From NCBI GenBank assembly GCA_010093745.1, contig MU006045.1, positions 1 to 41,441 on the forward strand: a stretch of DNA of 41,441 nucleotides, given 5' to 3'. Made by a program: the position numbers and the translations under genes. This document shows, one piece after another, positions 10,403-19,589 of the stretch (positions within the stretch are counted from its first letter, which is position 1; every line of letters starts with the position of its first letter). The notes below the pieces were generated by a model, which was given only the letters and a program-made list of their open reading frames with translations, was not told the DNA's origin and ran no database searches. Origin of the DNA: Piedraia hortae CBS 480.64. Lineage: Eukaryota.

Positions 10403-12694
10403 ATGAACGGTGAGGAATTGCGATCCTTGAGGCGCACGCCCCGACCGTATCTCCATGACGCCAAGTCGGTACGGCAAGACGGACTTCACACACAGAATAA
10501 TGATAATTGTCAAGTGAGGATTTCAAGCATCAGCCAATCATCAACCGAATCTGGGACTGATGCCGACGACGAGAGGCCGAGATTCGCGAAGGCGCTTCCT
10601 CCAGCCTTATTCAAGCCTCGCAAGGGATTAATAACCGGAGAGACGAGCGATGATGCCCTACTCACGCCATCGCAGCTGGATGATGAGGGGAGAATCAACT
10701 ACTTTGCCAATCGTCTTCAACGGACGGCATCCGCGGAAGAGCGAAAGGCCGAAGAGGAAAAGATCCTGCGACGACGGCTGGCTGAGCTGGCTCGGAGATC
10801 GTCAGAGGTCGGTTTGATGGTAGCCACTATGCTTGCCGTCTTAGCGGGATCTGGGGTTCAGAAGGTAGCGAGACGGTGGCTGCTTGGCCTCCTCAGCCAT
10901 TTTGTTATCGTTGCGGTTTTAATCCTCGCATATCCTGTGAAGCTCTCGCTCATCGATTCACAACGAAAGCCAACGCGAATCTGGCAACGGTTCCGGGTCC
11001 CGGCCTCGTTTGATCCAGCAACCGTGCTGTATCCTCCATTTCTACCTGTGCTTGTGGCTCTGTCCGTGTCTCCGGCCAATGATGCCGTTGTTTTACCTAA
11101 TCTCATACTCGGACTTTCGACGCTACCACAGAGACTGTTCCCTCGATACAGTCGTCTTGGGGATATAAATTCCCTACATTGGCTCATCTCTATCATTCCA
11201 CTTATCCTATGCGATTCTCTACTTCATCAGCAGCAAACGCTTTCACGAGAAACTCTAGTCTCTCTTTATGCCCTGCATCAGGCACTCCTCCTTCCGCTAT
11301 ACTATCTCACTACTAGCAGTCTGCTAATTTCAGAGCTTCATTTACTCTCGGTGGCTTTGATAAACCTATTACTCTTAGCAGAATCCCTACAAGCGGTAAT
11401 ACTAAAGGCATGTCTCTGGATTGGGGGTGTTACAATCTTTGTGCTCTGTCGACCGGTCCTCTCATGGAATGTCAGGCTCGCAAGGGTGCCGAACTGGAAA
11501 CTCCGACGGTCTAATAAGATATCACGACAAGAGAATCAACTCGTCAATGCCATATCCAGACTCATCAATCTCCAACGCGCCACCAAAGCATTCCGCATGC
11601 GGGAAGACAGTGATGCTGATGAGGACAAGCCATTCCTGCCACCATACCCTGATACAAACGTCCCCCCTCCTCGCCTGTCCCGTAGCAGACGCCTACAATG
11701 GTACCAGCGCCTCACACCCACCCAATCTCTCCACCGCCAACGCCTCTACGCAACATACATCTACACAATTATCCTCCTCACCGCCCTCCTCCCCGTGCGG
11801 AGCTACATCCAAACCACTGCCCTAAAAGGCGAAGACCTCATCATCTGGGTAATATCCTACCTCCTCCCCCACCCGGGGGTGTCCCTCCCCCCCCGCCTCC
11901 TCATATCAATCTACTGGCTCCTCACCCTAACCCTCGGCCTATCCATCCTCCCCCTCTTATCCCACGCAGAAACGGACACCCGCCGCAAGATCTTCCACGG
12001 CATCATCGTGCTCATCCTCCTACCTACCACCTTCCTCGATCCGGTGTTCTGCGCGTTGGCACTCACATTTGCGTTAGTGGTCTTTCTAACAGTTGAGATG
12101 CTCCGCGCGGGACAGGTCTGGCCGGTTGGGAAGCAGATTGGGAGGTTTATCGCGCCGTTTGTGGATGGTAGGGATTTAAGAGGACCGGTGGTGGTTAGTC
12201 ACTTTTTTTTGTTAAGTGGGTGTGCAGTGCCAGTGTGGTTTTCGTTGGCGGGGAGTTGGGAGAAGAGGGGGGATGCTTCGCTCGCTTCAGATGAGAGTGG
12301 GCCTGTCTCCAACGGGCTCCCTCTGCTTGCTCCGCTCGGCCGAGAGGTCGCGATGGTTGCGGGTGTGGTGTGCGTGGGGATGGGGGATGCTGCTGCTAGT
12401 CTACTTGGACGGAGGTATGGGAGTCATAAGTGGCCTTGGGTAGGGGGGAAGAGTCTTGAAGGGAGTCTGGGGTTCGCGGGGGCTGCGACTCTGGGGTTAT
12501 GTGCGGCAAAAGTTTGGTTGAGAGTTGGGGGGTGGAGGGATGGCAATGGTGCGTCGGGGGTGTTTACTACGGTTGGGAAGGCAATGGTTTCGGCGTCGGC
12601 GGCGAGTTTTTTGGAAGCGGTCCTAACCGGAGCGAATGATAATGTGCTTGTGCCGATTGTGTTGTGGTTGTTTGTTAAGGGGCTGGGAGTTTGA
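10403..12694 (+). CDS. SEC59: Dolichol kinase (cytidylyltransferase-like C-terminal membrane domain)
   Basis: Multi-TM protein with DTRRKIFHG, FVDGRDLRGPVVVSHFFLLSGCAVPVW, GVVCVGMGDAAASLLGRRYG-x-HKW...GKSLEGS and EAVLTGANDNV. Confidence 0.92.
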   Translation: MNGEELRSLRRTPRPYLHDAKSVRQDGLHTQNNDNCQVRISSISQSSTESGTDADDERPRFAKALPPALFKPRKGLITGETSDDALLTPSQLDDEGRINYFANRLQRTASAEERKAEEEKILRRRLAELARRSSEVGLMVATMLAVLAGSGVQKVARRWLLGLLSHFVIVAVLILAYPVKLSLIDSQRKPTRIWQRFRVPASFDPATVLYPPFLPVLVALSVSPANDAVVLPNLILGLSTLPQRLFPRYSRLGDINSLHWLISIIPLILCDSLLHQQQTLSRETLVSLYALHQALLLPLYYLTTSSLLISELHLLSVALINLLLLAESLQAVILKACLWIGGVTIFVLCRPVLSWNVRLARVPNWKLRRSNKISRQENQLVNAISRLINLQRATKAFRMREDSDADEDKPFLPPYPDTNVPPPRLSRSRRLQWYQRLTPTQSLHRQRLYATYIYTIILLTALLPVRSYIQTTALKGEDLIIWVISYLLPHPGVSLPPRLLISIYWLLTLTLGLSILPLLSHAETDTRRKIFHGIIVLILLPTTFLDPVFCALALTFALVVFLTVEMLRAGQVWPVGKQIGRFIAPFVDGRDLRGPVVVSHFFLLSGCAVPVWFSLAGSWEKRGDASLASDESGPVSNGLPLLAPLGREVAMVAGVVCVGMGDAAASLLGRRYGSHKWPWVGGKSLEGSLGFAGAATLGLCAAKVWLRVGGWRDGNGASGVFTTVGKAMVSASAASFLEAVLTGANDNVLVPIVLWLFVKGLGV

Positions 12695-13228
12695 TATATT
12701 AACTATCTGTGGGGAGGAATTTTACTCCTTGCTCCGAGATGCTACTCTATAGATGTATATCTTACGAGGGGTGGATTCTAGGATGGACGATCATTGTGGC
12801 TTGTCTCTACCTGCATACAATGTCTGATCCACTGAAAGTTGCGCAATCACGTCAACGACATTACGTCATCCAACGCAAAGACTCTAGATGCATTCATATC
12901 ACTCTTATCATGAAGCTCGTGTGACTGGAGCTTATCTGCTGTATCGACAGGGCCAAGGCCAATGAAATGATGCACGTTTTGTCAAGCTTCAGGAAAGAGA
13001 CAAAGCAGCCAACACGCAGACCATATACTGCCCTCTGAGAATTACTATTCCTTTGTTAAGAACGCAGGGGCACATGATGACAGCCTCATTGCTGGCTGCG
13101 CGTCATTCGACGTGATGCTGGCGCAATAACGTTGAGCCAAATATAGGTGTCTTTGACAGGAACGGGCCAATCACCGCCCGCCCAAGCGATTATTGAGGGC
13201 GTTAGCGCTGCTTCCCCGCAGTGACTGG

Positions 13229-13263
13229 ATGAGTCATCTACCCCAGCATCACGCACCTGACTC
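13229..13263. promoter_or_regulatory. Gcn4/CpcA (AP-1-type) site ATGAGTCAT plus a TGACTC core upstream of ATG1
   Basis: Perfect ATGAGTCAT at 13229-13237 and TGACTC at 13258-13263, about 200-230 bp upstream of the ATG1 start. Confidence 0.55.
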
Positions 13264-13459
13264 GCCGATTCTGGCGACAACGTCAACCTCAGCTGGTCCT
13301 CCAGCTTGACACATCAGTGCGCGTTCTTTGGGGGGACGAGGATAGAAACAGCTGACGACGCCAAAAACACACGGTCACGTGGAGCATGGCTGCGTGACTG
13401 TTGGAAATGACCAAGAAACGGCCAGACTGAACGAAAGCCGCTTGATATGTGCACTGAAC

Positions 13460-15828
13460 ATGGAGAATCCACGAGCTCAAAGCGCAAGCAAGGCGGGTCC
13501 GGGGCAGTCTGCCCCGGATGATACTGTTGGCGAATTCTATCGCGGTCGCGAGATCGGAAGGGGCAGCTATGCCACCGTCTACCTCGCCCAGCATCAGAAG
13601 AAGAAGAATCTGGCGGCCATCAAGGCCGTGCAGATCAGCCAGCTAAATCGGAAACTAAAGGAGAATCTGGAAATGGAGATCAGGATACTGAAAACGATGC
13701 AACACCCGCATGTAGTCAGCCTGTTTGCCTGCACTAAGACGCCCATGTACATTTACCTTGCCATGGAGTATTGTCCCATGTCAGATCTTGCTAGGTTCAT
13801 GAAGAAGCGCTCTCATATCGCAAAGCTGGCTGAGACGGAGGACATTTTCCGGAGATATCCCAGTCCACCCATGGGCGGCTTGAACGAAGTGCTCACTCGC
13901 CATTTCCTCAAGCAAATGGTTAGCGCTTTAAGATATCTTCGTGGCAGGAACATGATCCATCGGGATATCAAGCCGCAAAACCTGCTTCTCAACCCTCCGC
14001 CGTCCATGATGGCGAAGATGAAGCCAGAGGACGTGCCGCTTACAGCAAACGAGCGCGCACTGATCCCGGAAGTGGGCGTCTATACGCTGCCAATGCTGAA
14101 GATTGCCGACTTTGGCTTCGCTCGTCATCTTCCGTCTACGTCCCTGGCTGAGACTCTCTGTGGAACGCCGCTGTACATGGCGCCTGAAATCCTGAGCTAC
14201 CGCAAATACGACGCAAGGGTCGATCTCTGGTCCATTGGCTCCGTCTTGCACGAGATGGTCACCGGGAAGCCTCCGTTCCGAGCCCAAAATCACGTTGAGC
14301 TGCTCCGTAAGATTGAGGCTGCAAAAGACGTGATTACGTTCGATACGAAATCAATCAGTATCAGCACAGACATGCAGGATCTCATCAGGAAGCTGCTAAA
14401 ATTTAATCCAGATGATCGGTTGTTTGAAAACCTCTTTGCGCATCCGGTGGTTGTGGAAGGTATTCCCGGCTTATTGGATGAAGATAAAGAGGGCAAACCG
14501 GCTCCCGAGGCGAAGAAGAGGCCAGTCCTGGTGAGCCATGCCACTGCCCCAGCGGCTGACACAACTCAAAGCCGTCCAGCTACTCGCCCAGCTCGCAACG
14601 TGTCTGATAAAAACTTGACCCGAAGCGAGCGGGAGCGGACGGCACAGGATCTGGCATTTGAAAAGGAATATGTAGTGGTGGAGAAACGGGCGGTAGAAGT
14701 AAATGCTTTTGCCGATGAGCTGAACGATGCTGGACGCACAGCGAACAGACAGGGTGTTATTGTTCGCAGGGCAACAACGGGGCGCGTTCCCACAACACAG
14801 CAAGGCGCATCGTTTGAAAGACGCTACGCGCCCAGTCCAAAGTCCGCAACAAACATGCTCACCAAAGCAATGAACGCTGCCAATCTGAGGCTGTTTGGAC
14901 CCTCGGGTACTTCACCTCCAATGGCTGTCGCGCAGTATAGTCTGCCACCGCGGCTGCTGGGAGAAGGTCGCAGCGATGAAGACGAAAAGGTTGTGCGCAT
15001 CGTGGAGGAAGCCGCACACAGAAGCGACGTCGTCTTTGGATTCGCGGAGGTCAAATACAAGCAGTTGCTTCCAGCCACACCGTCGGCCACGGATCCCCTA
15101 GGCATCCACCAGCTGCTCGATGGCGAAGACAAGGACAACACTCTCGCAACAGTTGGCGTCGCAGAGGAAGCGTTGGTTCTGTATGTCAAAACCCTCGCCA
15201 TCCTCGCCAAGACGATAGATCTGGCGGGTCAATGGTGGAACCGCGGCGACCCTCCCTCGGGATCCGAAGTGGAACGCATGAACAACGTCGTGCAATGGAC
15301 ACGAAGCCGGTTCAACGAATGCCTCGAAAAGTCGGAAATCGTCGGCCGCAAACTCCAGGCCGCACAACGTTGTCTTCCCTCCGATCATTACGCCCACCCG
15401 GACAATGTCTCTACCGCGCCCATGCACGGAGCGGGTCAGATCATGATGACTACGGGAGTTACAGCGGAGAAACTAATGTTTGAGCGTGCGGTGGAGATGA
15501 GTCGATCAGCAGCTGTCAGCGAGGTCGTACAAGAAGACCTATCAGACTGCGAAATCGGCTACGTCACGGCCATCATGCTCTGGGAAGCGGTGCTAGAGTC
15601 TGACGACGAGCCGCTTATGAAGCAGCCGTCAAAGAGGGGAAATGCTATCCAAGGCATGAAGTCACAGGATTGGGAGATGGTTGTCAGATGTAAGTTTGAA
15701 GAAGTCATTCAACGAACTAGGCTGACAGATGCGTAGTGATTGATACTACACGAAGGCGTTTGGCGTCTCTTAGGAAGAAGGCACAAGCAGCAAGAAGGTC
15801 CTCTGTACCGGCCATCAAAGCCGGCTGA
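13460..15828 (+). CDS. ATG1: Autophagy Ser/Thr kinase Atg1; exons 13460-15689 and 15737-15828 (773 aa)
   Basis: Kinase motifs GRGSYATVY, AAIK, IHRDIKPQNLLL, KIADFGFAR, SLAETLCGTPLYMAPEIL. Atg1-specific features: GGLNEVLTRHFLKQ, EKEYVVVEKRAVEVNAFADEL, EEALVLYVKTL, TAEKLMFERAVEMSR. A 47-nt intron (GTAAGT...GCTGAC...TAG) restores the C-terminal LIDTTRRRLASLRKK. The first true ATG is 13460. Confidence 0.95.
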
Positions 15829-16021
15829 TATAATTTGTAGAATACCAACTTGTGGGGAAAATTTTCCTTTTATATCGGGTCGGGCCGAGGCAGGGATATA
15901 GATCGGTCGACGTAGCATACCGAGTTCATATCGGTGTCTCCACGGGCGTTCCAGCCGTGAAAACACATGGTAATCAGGCACGGACCGATCCGTTGCATGT
16001 GCCTATCTACACCACTGTAAA

Positions 16022-17236
16022 ATGTCCCTCCAACGACTATACACCACCACCGCACGACCAACCATCATGTCTCAGACCTATCCCCGTCTCCACCGAATCT
16101 GCGTCATCGGCTCCGGCAACTGGGGCACGACCATCGCCAAAGTCATCGCGGAAAACACCCGCGAGAACCCTACTCTCTTCCACCCCGACGTCCAAATGTG
16201 GGTTTACGAAGAACAAGTTACAATCCCTACCACCAGCCGCCACTACCGCCCTGGAACCCCACCCCAAAAACTCACATCTCTAATCAACAACCTCCACGAA
16301 AACGTGAAATACCTCCCGGGGATAATCCTCCCAGAAAACGTAATTGCGAACCCCGACCTCATCTCCGCAGCCCGCGAAGCGAGTATCCTAATCTTCAACC
16401 TCCCTCATCAGTTTTTGGGGTCCGTCTACCGCACCCTGCGGGGAAAAACCCTCCCGTACGCCCGAGGGATAAGCTGTATCAAAGGCGTTTCCGTCTCGGA
16501 GCAGGGATGCGAACTAATCAGCGAAGCGATCGGGAAGGAGTTGGGGATCTATTGCGGAGCGTTAAGCGGAGCAAACATTGCGAGTGAGATCGCGGAGGAG
16601 AAGTGGAGCGAGACGACCGTTGCGTACGCTGAACCCCAAGGGGGGGAGGGCCTACCGAAAGAGTACCCCCCGCTGTCAAGGGAGAATGTCAAACGGTTGT
16701 TTCATAGGCCGTATTTCCATGTCAGGGTTATTGCGGACGTGGCGGGTGCGAGTCTTGGTGGGGCACTTAAGAATGTTGTTGCGTTGGCGGCGGGGTTTGT
16801 GGATGGGTTGGGCTGGGGGTCGAACGCTGTTGCGGCGATGATTAGGGTTGGATTGCTTGAGGAGGTGAAGTTTGGGAAGTATTTTTTTGAAAAGGAGGTT
16901 AAGACCGAGACATTCACTGAGGAGTCGTGTGGTGTGGCGGATTTGATTACTTCGTGTATTAACGGGAGGAATTTCAGATGTGCGAGGCTGGCGGTACAGA
17001 GGGGGGTGGAGTTGAAGGAGGTAGAGAGGACGGAATTGAATGGGCAGTCCCTGCAGGGTTTGACGACTGCGGTTGAGGTTGCGAGGTTTTTGAGAAGTGT
17101 CAAGAAAGAAAAGGAGTTTCCGCTTTTTATGGCAGTGGATAAGATTTTAGCTGGGAAGGCGGAGGCGAAGGATTTGCCGGCTTTGTTGGAGGGGGATGTG
17201 AATACTTTGTCTGGGAGGGGAAACAGTTCTCTGTAG
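16022..17236 (+). CDS. GPD1: NAD-dependent glycerol-3-phosphate dehydrogenase
   Basis: [15 protein letters not shown]ossmann motif, [62 protein letters not shown] and ELNGQSLQG. An alternative ATG lies at 16067. Confidence 0.96.
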   Translation: MSLQRLYTTTARPTIMSQTYPRLHRICVIGSGNWGTTIAKVIAENTRENPTLFHPDVQMWVYEEQVTIPTTSRHYRPGTPPQKLTSLINNLHENVKYLPGIILPENVIANPDLISAAREASILIFNLPHQFLGSVYRTLRGKTLPYARGISCIKGVSVSEQGCELISEAIGKELGIYCGALSGANIASEIAEEKWSETTVAYAEPQGGEGLPKEYPPLSRENVKRLFHRPYFHVRVIADVAGASLGGALKNVVALAAGFVDGLGWGSNAVAAMIRVGLLEEVKFGKYFFEKEVKTETFTEESCGVADLITSCINGRNFRCARLAVQRGVELKEVERTELNGQSLQGLTTAVEVARFLRSVKKEKEFPLFMAVDKILAGKAEAKDLPALLEGDVNTLSGRGNSSL

Positions 17237-17351
17237 TCGAAATGTTTTGTTCCCGTGTAAAAGTTCAGTTAGGGTCCATTGTCTACAACGGACTGTTATA
17301 CCAGCTTGAACAAATTATAACCAACTGTAATTGCTTTATATAGCGCACTAC

Positions 17352-19068
17352 TCATCTCAGTCGGAACAAAGCAAGGAGATCGTGTCTTGCAAAAAAAGAC
17401 CGGTTCTTCTTCCCAAACACATCTGACATCGTCAGTAATAATCACCCCCAAACAGGACGGCTTACACATGAAAACGCTCAAAAGGCAGATAACAACCTGC
17501 ACAGAGGCAATAGCCATGAAAACATGCTTGATGCCGTGATTGACAAGCCAGTCATATCCATCAAACGTCAGAGCAAAAGAAAAGACGTTTTTGAAAATCA
17601 GCAGACACGTAAAAGCCTCAACGGCCATTTCACGGTGTGCGTCAACAATATATAGAGCCGAGGCAACTGCGCCGAGAACCATGCCCATGACTTCGAGCGC
17701 AAAGAAAAAGTCTGGCCAAAACCAGCCGTAGCGGTATGTATTAGCGCTGGTAATGCCGAAGCCGTAGAGACCCGCACAGCCAAAGATGAGTTGCGGGATG
17801 ACGAGAATGATGCGAAATTCAGGCTCGTAAACGCCGCCGTTTAGCTTCGTCATCCACCGTGCTGAACTGTCGCTCAATACCCCCGCCAGTATGAAGCCCA
17901 AGAGGGCACCGACAAAGGCGCCAGTGTACATGTAGCCCGTCTCCACGCTGGTGAATAACAATGGCGGGCCCAGCATGATGGCAGCAAGCACGATACCGAT
18001 CAGCACCGTCCAGCCGATCAGCGTACCTTGAATTAGACACGCCCATAAGACGCCCGGATGCAGGAACAGCGGAAGGGGCCGCACCAAAAGTTTGAAAAAA
18101 GATTCGTTGGTTTTGCGACCATTGAATGGCATCAACGTAGCTCGGCTGATCAACGTGGACGGTTGTGTGGGCTTCACAGAGCCCAGATCGCTCATCTCCA
18201 CGTCTTTGCTATGCAGTGTGTCTGTGTTGAACCGCTCATGCCGTACATACGCCGTCTCTGGACAGAAGAGCACGACGAGTGGCAGCAACGCACCGGTGAA
18301 GATGGCCAGCAGATAAAATGTCCACTGCCAACCCATTGTGGCCGTCAGCTTCCCGACAATGACAGGAGTAAAGAAGGCGCCGCCAAAGAGACTCAAATTG
18401 CTGAGGGCCATGCGCTTGCCGCGCTCGTGAACAAAATATAAATCCCCGACGCTGGCGTTGACGAGGGCCTCAAACGGCGCAAGGCCGATGCCCTGGAAGA
18501 AGCGAGCTGCCATGAGCGAATTGTAATTATGGCCGCTGGCACCGGCCCAGGCAGAGCTTACTACGATGATGACGGCGCCGAGCAAATACAAATGTCGCTT
18601 GCCCCAAACGCGCGCGCTGGCGACGAAGATGAACCCCGCCACCGCGACTCCCAGCAGATGGTAGCCTGTCAGCAGCGCAATGTCGGTGAAGCTGCGTTGA
18701 AAATAGAGCGTCAGCGTCAGCGTCGTGGCCGCCATGAGCGGCGAAAGCGTCGCCGCCAGCACCGACAGCAGACATAGTATAGCCAAGAGCAGATCGCGAC
18801 GCCATAGCGGCCAATTTAGTGGATCGTCGCCGTCGTCGCTGGGCTGCGGTACGAGGATCGTCCCATCGCGGCCACGCTTGGCATTAACATCGCCGGCAGC
18901 GTGTACATCGGCGGCAGTCAAGGGGCCCGCATTGAGGTCATCCAGCGTCGCCGTGCCTGTATTGGGTCAGCCACTCAGCCGCTCTTCTCCGCCCTCCCCG
19001 CTGTCCTCCGCTCTCCCCTTACCTGGTACATGTTCGAGGCATCTGTCCTCCACAACGCCAAGGCCCAT
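17352..19068 (-). CDS. MFS transporter (HOL1/DHA1-like); exons 19068-19023, 18956-17466, 17422-17352
   Basis: About 12 TM segments with LVPQPSDDGDDPLNWPLWRR, WGKRHLYL, GDLYFVHERG and GVYEPEFR. Two GT-AG introns with branch sites (66 and 43 nt) give N-terminal MGLGVVEDRCLEHVPGT and C-terminal YVFGKKNRSFFARH. Confidence 0.9.
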
Positions 19069-19185
19069 GTTATCTACATTGTCTCTATCTCAAAACGCTT
19101 CTCGCCCCGCAGCCGCGGCCTACATGTGTCACGTGCGTGAATCTGACACCTGCAGACGCCGCATAGGATATGTACACGAAAGCTA

Positions 19186-19589
19186 TCAATTCTCGTCAGT
19201 TTTTGTCTGTCCCTGCTGTTGCGGCTTTTGTAGCTGCTGGTCTCGACGCTTTTGTCCTTGCTGTTCGGCCTTCCTTTGCTTCTCCTGCTCCTCTTGCTGC
19301 TCCCCCTCCCGCCTCTCCTTCAACTTTTGCACTCTCGCTTCCGCCTTGGCTGCCTGCTTTCGCTGGTTAATCCTCGTACGATGACGCTGTGAACACTTGT
19401 TACACGTCGAATTATTACGATTGTAGCGGAAAAATCCACTCTCTGGCCAACTCTTGCGACAGCCTTACACCACGTCAGCACATTAAAACACCTCATCTTG
19501 AACAATAACCTACCCGTACATGTTCGCAAAGGAAGTTGCGTTGCGATCGCAGGGTTCCAGTTTTGCTGATCTAGGTTTACGGTCCCCAT
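19186..19589 (-). CDS. Small (117 aa) C4 zinc-finger plus basic/coiled-coil protein; exons 19589-19514 and 19463-19186
   Basis: A 50-nt intron (GTAGGT...GCTGAC...AAG) joins MGTVNLDQQNWNPAIATQLPLRTCTG to CRKSWPESGFFRYNRNNSTCNKCSQRHRTRINQRKQAAKAEARVQKLKERRE..., creating C-x2-C-x18-C-x2-C followed by a Q/E/K/R-rich tail with no internal stop. Confidence 0.7.

Noticed and set aside
12965..13260. Possible C/D-box snoRNA (ATGATG...CTGA motifs)
   Set aside because: I could not match any antisense element to an rRNA target or find a terminal stem. It needs snoscan or Infernal.
13379..13459. ORF-track N-terminal extension of ATG1
   Set aside because: Begins at GTG; the first ATG is 13460.
18725..19384. 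219-aa Cys/Ser-rich plus-strand ORF
   Set aside because: Antisense shadow of the MFS 5-prime end and the zinc-finger gene's Q/E/K-rich exon.
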